Source: Octopus bimaculoides (Eukaryota). Taken from it: a DNA stretch of 64,000 bases. Where the stretch lies: positions 190,038,720 through 190,102,719 of the forward strand of contig NC_068982.1 of the NCBI RefSeq assembly GCF_001194135.2, written 5' to 3'. This document shows positions 52,266 through 63,827 of this stretch, in pieces (position 1 is the first letter of the stretch; each line of letters opens with the position of its first letter). Below the pieces are notes generated by a model. That model was given only the letters and a program-made list of their open reading frames with translations. It was not told the DNA's origin and searched no databases. The translations under genes were made by a program, and so were the position numbers.

Positions 52266-52537
52266 TGATTAAGCAATGGCATGGTCGTGGGAACGACCTC
52301 AACAAAGAATATAGCATTGCCCAGCACAGCAGAGTGGAGGTTGTCCCAATACTTTTTGGCATTGAAGTATCGGGGATGATATGTGTCATCACTGATCACA
52401 ACAGGGAGATTAACAGCACTTGCAGCCGAGTTCAGAACTTCTAAATTCCGAACAAAAGTCAATGAGACTTCTGAAGATTTCAGTGTTCCATCTTTAAGGC
52501 GTGATGCAAGACTATCCAGAAGCTGTTTTTCCACAAC
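52266..52537 (-). CDS. HLCS: HLCS coding exon 6 (VVEKQLL...LGNAIFFVEVVPTTMPLLN)
   Basis: Acceptor gtgtttag|GTT and donor CA|gtaag; 272 nt, phase 0-2. Matches recalled human LGKVILFAEVTPTTMRLL. Confidence 0.95.
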
Positions 52538-54127
52538 CTAAACACCGAAGGGAAGAAAAAAGAAATTTAATAATGGTTTCATATTCAAGCATAAGTCCAG
52601 TGAATTTAAAAGGACAAGGGAAATTGATTACATCAACCCCAAAAGGATGAACGATAAAGCTGACTTCATCAGAAATTGAACCCAGAATGTAAAGCTCAGT
52701 GTTTGGTCAATGCATGTTAATGGTTCTGCGAGCTTGTTGCCTTAATTATAATCCTTTCTATTATAGGCAGAAGGCCGAAAATTTCAGGGGCAGGGGGCCG
52801 AGTTGATTGCATCAACCCCTGTGCTCAACTGGTTCTTAATTTATCAACTGTGAAAGGGTGAAAGGTAAAGTTGACCCTGGTGGGATTTGACCTCAGGACA
52901 TAAGGACAGACGAAATACCACTAGGTATTTTGCCNNNNNNNNNNNNNNNNNNNNNNNNNNNNNNNNNNNNNNNNNNNNNNNNNNNNNNNNNNNNNNNNNN
53001 NNNNNNNNNNNNNNNNNNNNNNNNNNNNNNNNNNNNNNNNNNNNNNNNNNNNNTAATAATAATAATAATAATAATAATAATCATCATCATCATCGTCGTT
53101 TAACGTCTGCTTAAACGACGATGATGATGATTATTATTATTATTATTAAGACGGCAAGCTGACAGAACCATTAGCATTCCAGGCAAAATACTTTGTGGTA
53201 TTTCGTCTGTCCTTATGTCCTGAGGTCAAATCCCTTATTATCATTATTTTTTTTTTTTCTAAATTTTGCCACAAGGGCAGCTTGGGGGAGGTGGGGATGA
53301 GTCGATTACATCAACCCCAGGGTTCAACTGGTTCTTATTTTATTGACCCCGAAAGGATGAAAGGCAAAGTCGCCCTCGGCGGAATTTGAACTCAGAACAT
53401 AGCGACAGGCAAAATACCGCTAAACATAAAAATAATAATAATATTTGCCACAGGGGCTTCAGATAGGGGGGTCATTACAAGGACAGTTTATATTTTGTCA
53501 GGGAATGTTTACATAAAAAGATGATCCAGTTGGATTCTCAAGCAAGTCTAATCAAAGCTATGCACCAGTTAATTACCGTTTATTGGTCACACGTTTCAGT
53601 CATTAGACTGTGGCCATGTTGGAGCACCACCTTGAAAATTCTTTAGTCAAATGAATTTTTTGAGCTTGGCACTTACTCTATCGGTCTCTTTTGCTGAACT
53701 GCTAAGTTACAGGGATGTAAACACACCAAGGCCAGTTGTCAGGCAGTGACGGGGGATAAGGATTTTTTTCAGTGTCCGTCTGGCAAATCCACTCACAAGG
53801 CTTTGGTCGGCCCGAGGCTATAGTAGAAGACACTTGCCCAGGGGGCCACGGAGAAGGACTGAACCCAGAACCATGTGGTTGGGAGACTTTCAAAAAACAT
53901 TCCTACTAAGTTGAATTTTGACATTCGATCTAACAGGTTTCAGTTGAAGTAAAAACACTCTGCAGTTTGGATCCCTCCCTGAATTTATTACACTGCACCA
54001 TGACCTTCTAATGTCACAACAACAACAACAACAATTCTACTCTTTCAGTGAAAAAAGAAAGAAAGAAAAAGAAGATTAAGAGTTACGTAAGATGAATAAA
54101 TTAAATGGAATAAATGGCAATTCTTAC

Positions 54128-54274
54128 CTTTGTTTTAGTGAAAAGTTTGGCTGGAGTCAGCTGAGGAACATCTTGGCTGGAACATTCTAGTTCAAGATGA
54201 GTGGACAACAAATGGCAAAGAATTTCATAAAAATCCTCACTCGGTTTACTGCAGTGGTCACTGTCAAAGTAGAC
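54128..54274 (-). CDS. HLCS: HLCS coding exon 5 (VYFDSDHC...VPQLTPAKLFTKTK)
   Basis: Acceptor ccatttag|GTC and donor AAG|gtaaga; 147 nt, phase 0-0. LECSSQDVPQLTP aligns with recalled human LSCDMKQVPALTP. Confidence 0.92.
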
Positions 54275-54374
54275 CTAAATGGTAGCAACAGAAATGGGGG
54301 AAAAATTTAAATATTAAAAGCTTGAATTTGCATAAGTAAACAATAAATATACAATATATATGATAACGATGGTG

Positions 54375-54423
<49 letters not shown>

Positions 54424-54486
54424 TACCGTTCCGTTAAGGTTGGATCAATAAAAAAAGTACTCCATCCAGTGAGTGATAAATACCAT

Positions 54487-54715
54487 TTAACCCTTTTGTT
54501 ACCCTATTTCTGTTGAGATGCTCTGTGTTTCTTTCAATTTCTTTAAATATAACAAAGAATTTAGTAAAATAACTTTGTTATCATTAAGCTAGTGTTAGGA
54601 ACATAAATTGTGACTAAGGTTTGGTGGAAGATTTTAATTCAGAACTTATGAAAACAAGACATTTGTACTACAGAGCCAGAACCAGTTTCAGCCACATTGG
54701 TAATGAAAGGGTTAA
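54487..54715. mobile_element. Complete piggyBac-type MITE
   Basis: TTAA-CCCTTTTGTTACC ... GGTAATGAAAGGG-TTAA; TTAA duplication and CCC/GGG termini. Confidence 0.88.
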
Positions 54716-55740
54716 TGCACACAGTATTTAAAATATGAGCTACTAATCGTTTTTTGCCATTAAAACATGATTAAGCAGGTTTTTATATAACATGCCTTGT
54801 AACTCCAAGTAATCTCTGGGTTCTGGGCACATGTCTTGTCCCATTTGAAAATCAGGATGCTGGTAGATGAGAAGCCACCAGAAAAAACAAATGAGAAGGG
54901 TTTTTTTTCCACATTTTGCATCAACCTTCTCATCTAATGACTTAAGATAAAAATAAATAAAGCTTCCAGTAGTCTTTGGTTAGAGGATGGCATTGAGAAG
55001 AGCATTCAGGTGTAGAGGTCATGTCAGGCAGACATTGAAGCATGATGCAGTCTAGTTGGAACCTCGTGAAATGTCAAACCCTGCCAGCATGGAAGGTGGA
55101 CATTAAACAATGATGACGCAAACATAAACACATACGTACGTGTGTATGTAATACTCCAAAAAAAATGATATTGTATGAGGCATGAAACAAAAATATTGTC
55201 CATTCATAGAAACAACTGTCAGTCTGACCTGGCCTTTCCTCATTTGAATCCTGGCTTTTGTTATTCGCTTTGCTGGGTTTATTATATTAGCCCCACTGGA
55301 TCTTACCTTGAGGTTGTGCACTGCTACCTTTAGCATCAATCAAAGTCTTACAGATCTTTCGATTTTCAAAAACTACGCTAGCCAAGATCCAGTGTGATGA
55401 GCTACAGAGCAGATGAACAGGATTATAATTATTCCCCTAATCTCTACATATAAAGATCATCATTTAATGTCTGTTTTCCATGCTGGCATGGGTTGGACAG
55501 TTTGACAGGGGCTGGCAAGCCTGGGAGTTGCACCAGATTCCATTTGTCTGTTTTGGCTTGGTTCCCATAGTTCGATGCCCTTCCTAATGTCAGCCACCTA
55601 ACAAAGTGTACTGAGAACTTTTTATGTGGTACCATCACTGGTGCTTTTTATGGGGCACCAGCACTGGTGCTTACACACACACACACACAAAACATGTAAA
55701 AATAATTCAACAAAATTTCAGGTTTTTCTAACCAACTCAC

Positions 55741-56531
55741 CTGAGATAAGACAGCAACTCCTTGATCAAGGTCTGCTGGAGATTCTAACTTAACAATCAA
55801 AGAGTTTTGGCTAGAACTTTCTGATGCTAAAACTGTACAATTAAAATTGGAGGATTTTAAAGCATTTGAGTAGATGTAACGTCCAGCCATCATTGGAACA
55901 TTACTCCAATGATGACATGATACATTCACCAAGTCTGCAGAACGACGAACCAATTCTTTGTCAAGAAACAAAGAATCAATATTGCTTGCCAAACTCATCA
56001 GCTTCCCACCTTTCTCAAAATAGCTAAATATCACATGATCGATGTCATCATAGAGTCTTTCACAAGCAATAACCAACAATATTGTGTTGTCCATCCAGGG
56101 CGCTGTGCTAATTTGGTTGTGTTGAAGTTGGTAAACCGCATAGCAATCTGAAGACAAGCATTTTTCAAGCATGGTTTTGAAGGATTCAAATTTACGTTTG
56201 GAATCTTTTTTGCCACAGTAAACAAGAATGTTTGGTGGTTTTACGGCAGCATTAGCAGGTCTCTGGAATTCCAAATCCACTTTGGCCTCATCTGCTTCCA
56301 TCTTTTCATATTTCACATCTCCAGCAGCCATTTCTGAATCACTGTCGAGCAAGAGGTCTTCATCCGAGTGATTCTCACTGGCACATGGTGACGCTAAGGC
56401 TTCATTAGAATGGCAACAGCAAGAATCCTGGTCATCGATGCTGTTCTCACTTCCGATGCTGTACCGTTTTAAGTTGTCCTTCACGGCAGGAGGAAGGATT
56501 AAGTTAGAGCCACACCCTTCTATATTTATGG
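55741..56531 (-). CDS. HLCS: HLCS coding exon 4 (acidic/Ser linker plus N-terminal BPL domain: KPPNILVYCG, PWMDNTILLVIA, GVAVLSQ)
   Basis: 791 nt open frame; acceptor ccctctccag|CC and donor CAG|gtgagt. Motifs match recalled human HLCS KAPNILLYVG, PWTDNCLLLVIA and GEAVLCQ. Confidence 0.95.
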
Positions 56532-56584
56532 CTGGAGAGGGAAAAAGAAATAGAAAACAGTTAACATTAACAAGAACAATAATA

Positions 56585-57044
56585 AGGGTTTCAAATTTTG
56601 GCACAAGGCCAGCAATTTGGAGTGGGGGGGCGAGTTGAATACAATGACCCCCACCAGTGCTCAACTGCTTCTTATTATTGACCCTGAAGGGATGAAAGGC
56701 AAACTTTATCTCGACAGAATTCGAACTCAGAACATTAAGACATGAAATGCTGTTAAGGATTTTTACCCAGAGAGCTAAGGATTCTGTTGCCTCACAACTT
56801 TAATAATAATAATAATAATAATAATAATCTTTTCTGCTGAAGGCACGAAGCCTGAAATTTTGGGAGAGGGGATGAGTTGATTACATCAATCCCCAGTGTT
56901 TCACTGGTATTTAATTTATCAACCCCAAAAGGACGAAAAGCAAAGTCGACTTCGGTGGAATTTGAACTCAGAACATAGCGGCAGACAAAATACCACTATG
57001 CATTTCATCCAGTGTGCTAAGAATTCTGCCAGCTCGCTGCCTTA

Positions 57045-57088
<44 letters not shown>

Positions 57089-57282
57089 TCTTTTCTACTA
57101 TAGGCACAAGGCCTGGAATTTTGGAAAAGGGATTAAGTCATTTACATCGACCCCCAGTGTTTCACTACTACTTAATTTATTGACCTCGAAAGGACAAAAG
57201 GCAAAGTCAACCTCGGTGGAATTGAACTCAGAAAGTAGGGACGGGTGAAATACTGCTAAGCATTTCATCCGGCATGCTAACG
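56585..57282 (-). mobile_element. Three head-to-tail family C SINEs in HLCS intron 3
   Basis: Copies at ~56587-56805, 56828-57045 and 57090-57282, separated by (TAA)n runs. Confidence 0.85.
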
Positions 57283-57690
57283 NNNNNNNNNNNNNNNNNN
57301 NNNNNNNNNNNNNNNNNNNNNNNNNNNNNNNNNNNNNNNNNNNNNNNNNNNNNNNNNNNNNNNNNNNNNNNNNNNNNNNNNNNNNNNNNNNNNNNNNNNN
57401 NNNNNNNNNNNNNNNNNNNNNNNNNNNNNNNNNNNNNNNNNNNNNNNNNNNNNNNNNNNNNNNNNNNNNNNNNNNNNNNNNNNNNNNNNNNNNNNNNNNN
57501 NNNNNNNNNNNNNNNNNNNNNNNNNNNNNNNNNNNNNNNNNNNNNNNNNNNNNNNNNNNNNNNNNNNNNNNNNNNNNNNNNNNNNNNNNNNNNNNNNNTA
57601 GGGGGTGCAGTGGATAATAATAGTGGGGAGGTGGGAGTGCGATGGTGGGTTGAAGGGGAAAGAGACAAAGAAAATAAAGAACCGACTCAC

Positions 57691-57841
57691 ATAAAATTGA
57701 TTCCACTGTTAATTCTTGGAAGCGTAATTTACCATTTGTTACTGCCAGACCCATATTCAAGAGGTTACTTGGTGTACAAGACATTAAAATAGAACATGGC
57801 ATTCCTGCTTTCCAGGCCAAAGTTCTGCCATAATCATGGAT
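57691..57841 (-). CDS. HLCS: HLCS coding exon 3 (IHDYGRTLAWKAGMPCSIL...VESIL)
   Basis: Poly-T tract then ctag|ATC; donor T|gtgagt; 151 nt, phase 0-1, which supplies the phase needed by exon 4. Confidence 0.85.
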
Positions 57842-58338
57842 CTAGAAAAAAAAAAAAAAAAAGAAAACAAATTGCCACCTGGCATCTTTTATTTGTTCTA
57901 GTCATTAGACTGTGGCCATGCTGGGGCACCGCTTTGAAGAATTGTTAGTCAAAGGATCACATTTGATGCCCCTCAGTTACAATGGTGATGGTTCCAACTG
58001 ATCTGATTAATGGAAGAGTACACTCTTGCAATTAACATACAAATGGCTGAGTACTCCACAGACAACTGTGTACCCTTAACATAGTTCTCAGGGACATTCA
58101 GTGAGACACAGAACATGACAAGGCTGACCCTTTGAAATCGAGGTGCAACTCATTCTTGCTCAAGGACACAACACACTGCCAGGAATTGAACTCACAACCT
58201 TGTGATTGTGAGCCAAATAAATACCCTGATCACTGGAAATGTTCTTTCCTCAAAGTGCACAGCAGAAATTAAGGGGCATCAAATGTGGCTCCGTGTCTTT
58301 TAGGTCATCGAAAAACAGACTGAGAAAGAAATGTTTAC

Positions 58339-58503
58339 CTGAACACAGTCTTCTTTCACAGTTTCTTCCAGGTTATCAACGGGGGAAGTTAAATGGGTGA
58401 TGCCAGCTTCGAGAAGGATAGTCAAAATATCGTGAGGAAATGATTGGATGTCTTCTTTAGAGACATCTCGATAAAGATGCCAGTCTTTTAAGTTAACTGT
58501 CAC
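58339..58503 (-). CDS. HLCS: HLCS coding exon 2 (VTVNLKDWHLYRD...EDCVQ)
   Basis: Acceptor tttttcag|GTG and donor CAG|gtaaac; 165 nt, phase 0-0, open frame. Confidence 0.8.
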
Positions 58504-58684
58504 CTGAAAAAGAAAAAACCCTGTTATCTGATGTGTCCTTCAGTTTTGAAAGATGGATGCAATTGAGAAAGGTTTGGCTGCTATTTTTAGAAAATTGATC
58601 AATCCTATAGTGTTTCTCAGTCATTTTTTACCTGTATACCCTTTTGATTTCAATTTTACTCAGGTGGACTCTCATAGCCATTCA

Positions 58685-58900
58685 ATCATCATCACCATCA
58701 TCATCATCATTTAGCATCTGTTTTTCCATGCTGGCATGGGTTGGACAGTTTGACTGGAACTGGTAAGCCAGAAAGCAGCACCAGACTCCAGTTTGATTTG
58801 GCAGTATGCCCTTCCTAATGCCAACCACTCCTACAGTGTAATGGGTGCTTTTACATACCACTGGCACAAGAGTCTGCTATGTGGCACTGGCATCGATACA
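58685..58900 (-). mobile_element. RTE 3'-end copy
   Basis: (CAT)n followed by the conserved tail block. Confidence 0.75.
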
Positions 58901-58934
58901 TCTTATATTTCAAAAATATTTGGAATTTATTCTT

Positions 58935-59557
58935 TTATTCTTTTACTGGTTTAATCTATTTGACTGTGGCCATGCTGGAACATCACCTTTAGTTGAACAA
59001 ATTCACCCAGGATTTATTCTTTGTAAGCCTAGTACTTATTCTATTGGGTTTTTTTGCCGAACCGCTAAGTTATGAGGACGTAAACACACCAACATTGGTT
59101 GTCAAATGATGATGGGGAGACAAACACAGACACACAAATATATACACATATTATATATATACACACACACACACATACCAGTGTCACATAACCAGCCCCA
59201 GCCCACTTAAAAGTACCTTGGATCGTAGGGCGACATGCTGTGCTTGAGGAAACCTTTTGAGTCAAGTACATTAACATCAAATGGAAATTGTAGTTGTGAT
59301 CCCTGTGCTGGTGGCACATAAAAAGCACCAATTTGATCGAGGTCGTTGCCAGCCTCCTCTGGCCCCTGTGCTGGTGGCACATAAAAAGCACCCACTACAC
59401 TCTCGGAGTGGTTGGCATTAGGAAGGGCATCCAGCTGTAGAAACACTGCCAGATCAGATTGGAGCCTGGTACAGCCTCCTGGCTTCCCAGATCCCAGTTG
59501 AACTGTCCAACCCATGCCAGCATGAAAAACGGGCGTTAAACGATGATGATGATGATG

Positions 59558-59590
<33 letters not shown>

Positions 59591-59755
59591 TATATACGAC
59601 AGGTTTCCCTCAGTTTCCGTCTACCAAATCCACTCACAAGGCTTTGATTGGCCTGAAGCTATAGTAGAAAACATTTGCCCAAGGTGCCACACAGTGGGAC
59701 TGAACCTGGAGCCGTGTGGTTGCAAAGCATGCTTTTTACCACACAGCCACGCCTG
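58935..59755 (-). mobile_element. Family A SINE interrupted by a plus-strand RTE 3'-end copy (~59170-59560)
   Basis: SINE tail at 58935-59140 and head at 59600-59755 flank the RTE fragment, which sits in the SINE's internal microsatellite. Confidence 0.75.
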
Positions 59756-60097
59756 CCCCTATGTATTGTAGAAGTCTAACCAATTTATTGCAGACAAATA
59801 TAAACAGCAAAATCTTCTATGGTCCTATGGAACTGGGTTGAGACCCATTGCAGTCAAGGCACTGCAACTGACTTATTTCACCTCAGAAGAGTTGGTAATA
59901 ATGTTGATAGTGCTCAGGGTCATAAAAGAGACGAGGGTCATTGGGTTCACCTGTTTTTGTTGGGTCAGGTATGGGAATTAGGTAGAGGATAAAAGCGGGA
60001 GGGGTTAAGAGGGTTTGTTTTTTAGACATGAATGACCCAACATTAAGTGATACTCGTTCCCATGTATTTATTAAGTCAAGCAATTTACGTAGGAGTA

Positions 60098-60470
60098 GGA
60101 GTGGCTGTGTGGTAAGTAGCTTGCTTATGAACCACATGGTTCCGGGTTCAGTCCCACTGTGTGGCACCTTGGGCAAGTGTCTTCTACTATAGCCACGGGC
60201 CAACCAAAGCCTTGTGAGTGGATTTGGTAGACAGAAACTGAAAGAAGCCCATGTGTGTGTGTGTATGTTTGTGTGTCTGTGTTTGTCCCCCCAACATCGC
60301 TTGACAACTGATGCTGGTGTGTTTACGCCCCCGTAACTTAGCGGTTTGGCAAAAGAGACCGATAGGATAAGTAGTAGGCTTACAAAGAATAAGTGCTGGG
60401 GTTGATTTGCTCGACTAATGGCGGTGCTCTATCATGGCCGCAGTCAAACAACTGAAACAAGTAAAAGAGT
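60098..60470 (+). mobile_element. Full-length family A SINE
   Basis: Co-linear with 10597-10972. Confidence 0.85.
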
Positions 60471-61147
60471 AAAAGAGAGAGAGAGATACAAAGGAATTAA
60501 TTACATAATAAAAGATATATATTTCCTAACAGGGATATTTAAAGCTTTAGTAAGCACACAAAAGAGAAACAGAAAAGCAAAAAGTAAAAGAGCCAAAAAG
60601 AGAAGAAAAAGGGGCATCAAAACTGAAATAAGATCTGTTATAAGGGATGGAATTTTACAGAGATTCCTATGTAAGAACTAAAATAACCAAAAAAAAATTT
60701 GTAAGACTTTAAAATATTTGAGTTTCTTCCCATGACCCATGACTGAGAAACAGTTTTTTTATTTTAAGACTCAGAGTTGCTGAGGCATGGAACAGACTTC
60801 CTGCATCAGTTGTTAGTTGCCGAGACATTGCATCCTTTAAAATGTCCATGCTTCCAGAACTTCGCCAACACTACACCTGACATCCTCCCTATCCTCCCCT
60901 CCATACGCATGCACACATGTCTATCATGACCCATACACTGTTCCCTTTCCTGATTGTTGTACATAATTCCATGTACTGTACACTCACCTTTGATGAGTGG
61001 TAGTGCACCTGAGCACTATACACAATAATTTCATTATTGTTATTATTATAATTATAGAATACAACCAATAACAAGCTCTGAGATACAGTTAAGACACCCG
61101 TAATTCACATCATAACTACCAAATTGCTTATGAAATATTGTACTCAC

Positions 61148-61414
61148 AGCTGGGTGGATGGAGACGAGATGGAGATGGACATCTTGCACCAATGGAGCAG
61201 AAAACCTCGAGTCGAGAACATTTTTTAGAAAGGGCGATAACTGCTGGATGACTGTTAGAGACTCAGTTGCTTCCCCTATATGTTTGACTTGCTGGAATAA
61301 TACACTGGATTTCTTTAACGTCTTGCCGATTTCTCTCAGATACATGTGGCTCCGTCGTCTGTCGGTACACCAACGAACGATGGCATTTAAATAATAGACG
61401 AGACTAAAAATCAT
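61148..61414 (-). CDS. HLCS: HLCS coding exon 1 (89 codons, MIFSLVYYLNAIVRW...LVSIHPA)
   Basis: ATG in GTTGCCATG context; open frame to donor GCT|gtgagt (phase 0), which joins exon 2 in frame. The N-terminus resembles, from recall, the long HLCS N-terminus (MLITLCYLYLWAR-type). Confidence 0.8.
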
Positions 61415-62510
61415 GGCAACCAGATGAAACTGTACCGAAACTTCTCAGATTTTCATTGTAAAACCAACTTGTGATGTAACCACTTTCATCAGAGCTGGAA
61501 AAAAGAAAAAAAAAAAGAGATATTTAAAACAAGTATTAATGGGAATATAAGGAGAGAGAGAGAGAGGGAGAGAGCTGCTTGGGTCAGGAAGTGAGTCAAC
61601 AACATTACGATCAGGAGTCAAATACTTCAACCACAAGGTCCCGTCCCTTCGTAACAAAGACGCAAGAAAAGCAGACAGGGACCTTTCTGCCCTCAGGGAA
61701 AAGGCTTTGCTTGATACTTAGAAAAGGGCCAATTAGATATCCCACATGGCTAGCTTAATTGGCACTCCATCAGTTGTGACAATGTGGGTTCCAATTGATT
61801 CAACCAACAGAACAGCCTGCTCATGAAATTAACATGTAAGTGGCTGAGTACTCCACAGACATACATACCCTTAATGTGGTTCTCAGCGAGATACAGTGTG
61901 ACACAGAATGCAACAAGGCTGACCCCTTTGAATTACAGGTAGTCCTTATTTTTGCCATCTGAGTAGACTGGGATAACATGAGACAGAGTGTCTTGCTCAA
62001 GGACACGACACACAAGTGGAAATTGAACTCACAACCTCATGATTGTAAACCAAATATCGTAAGAACGAAGCCAGAGGCCTTCACTGCTTAATTCAAAGTA
62101 TGGTCACATGAGGGGCAGTAGAATCAAAACAGGGATTTCATGTGGCAGATGCACAAGAATTGTAAACCAAGGAACACACAGGAAACAGTTTCTCAAATGG
62201 CCTGAAGGATTCTTGCAGGTAAGAGATAGTTCCTGTTACCTAGGTAACTGATTTAGCATCGAAGAGGATGTTCTGAAAGCATATTAGCCAAAGTAAAAAA
62301 AAAAAAAGCTGAAGAAAGTCCAAGGAGCTGTTACCTATCATCATCATCATCATCTGATGTCCATGTGCTGTGCTGGTATAGGTTGGACAGTAGGACGGGT
62401 TCCGTTGGGACCAAGAACTGCACCATAGTCCAATGTCTGCTTTGGTATGGCTTCTATGGCAGGATCTCTTTTTGAGCCAACCATTTTGCAGTGTAGAGTG
62501 GTTGTGCTGT

Positions 62511-62850
62511 GAAGGCGCATGGCTCAGTGGTTAGAGCGTCAAGCTTACGATCATGAGGTTGTGAGTACGAATCCCAGACCGGGCTGCGCATTGTGTTCTT
62601 GAGCAAGACACTTTATTTCACGTTGCTCCAGTTCACTCAGCTGTAGAAATGAGTTGTGACGTCACAGGTGCCAAGCTGTATCGGCCCCTTTGCTTTTCAC
62701 TTGAATAACATCGATGGCTTGGAGAGGGGAGGCTGTTATGCATGGGCGACTGCTGGTCTTCTATAAATAACCTTGCCTGGAATTGTGCCAGGGAGGGTAA
62801 CTTTCTAGGTGCAATCCCATGGTCAGTCACGACTGAAGGGGGTCTCAGCA
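62511..62850 (+). mobile_element. Full-length family D SINE with an 18-21-bp target-site duplication, inserted into an older RTE-like fragment
   Basis: GCAGTGTAGAGTGGTTGTGCT (62488-62508) and GCAGTGTATAGTGGTTGTGCT (62848-62868) flank the element. Confidence 0.88.
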
Positions 62851-63827
62851 GTGTATAGTGGTTGTGCTACCAGCACTGGTGAGGTCACCGTGCAGCTTGT
62901 AAGACTGGAAACCCTAAGAGGACAGCTTTACACGAGGAGATGAGGAGTAAAAGGAAGAGAGGAAGGGCCAGGACAGAAGAGGTGTCTTGCAGTAGAGGAG
63001 CAGCCATGAGAACATTTTAGAAGAAAGGGGGAGGAATGAATGGGTGGAGGTGGGAAGAAATAAGAATAATGATGTTGTGTCAGGGTAGACCTTGATGGTA
63101 CAAGAGGGTAAGAAACAGGTGGGGACAGAGGAGCAGGATTGTGGGAGGGTGAAGGAGACAATGGGGAGAGTGAGAAATGTGGGGGAGGAGAGGTAGGCAA
63201 CCACTGTTAATTGGTTAGGATTGAAGGTTGGATGATCAATGATGCATGAGTTAAGGGAGGTAGGGAGAGTAGGAGATGACTGTCAGTGCCAAACAGCAGA
63301 ATAGGAATGATTATACAGCGGACAAGAGAGGGAGGGAGGGAGAGGGAAATGACATTTAGGTTTCAGGAAGAGAGAGGCAATGAGTGGGAGGAGGAGGAGG
63401 AGGAGGAGGAGGAAAAATAATTTAGCAAATCATTCAGGGTGTGTGTGTGTGTGTGATCAATGAGAAGTGTGGGTGGAGAGAACAGTATTAATGAAAGAAG
63501 GGTAGGCAATGAGTGAACTGATTCTGGGTAGCAAGAAAACTAAATGGGTGTCAAGGGTGGTTAGGGTTAGTTTTTAAGGAAATGTTAGCAAAGAGAATGA
63601 AAAGCAGATTGTTTGAGGTTTAGATTGCTTGATGATTATGCATGAACTGCAATGCTACATGGCAGTGAAATGTGGGCCATGAATGCAGGAGACTTGTGAA
63701 GACTAAAAAGAAATGAAACAAGCCTGCCTCCCCTGGATGTTCAATGTCAGTGTGTCTGAATGATGGAGAAGAAAACTGGTAGAAATGAAACGGAAGGATA
63801 AAGGCAAATGGGAATTGGGTGCTTCAA

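Noticed and set aside
59883-60203. 106-aa minus-strand ORF ending TKTGEPNDPRLFYDPEHYQHYYQLF as a possible extra HLCS exon
   Set aside because: Starts inside a SINE, has no convincing acceptor/donor pair, and exons 1 and 2 already join in phase.
61415-61800. HLCS promoter
   Set aside because: Position is plausible, but no TATA box, CpG island or other diagnostic element is visible, and a non-coding upstream exon cannot be excluded.
62100-62225. Plus-strand donor-like CAG|GTAAGA suggesting a divergent gene
   Set aside because: No supporting acceptor or ORF, and nearby TGTGGCAGATGCAC matches the RTE fragment at ~39000.
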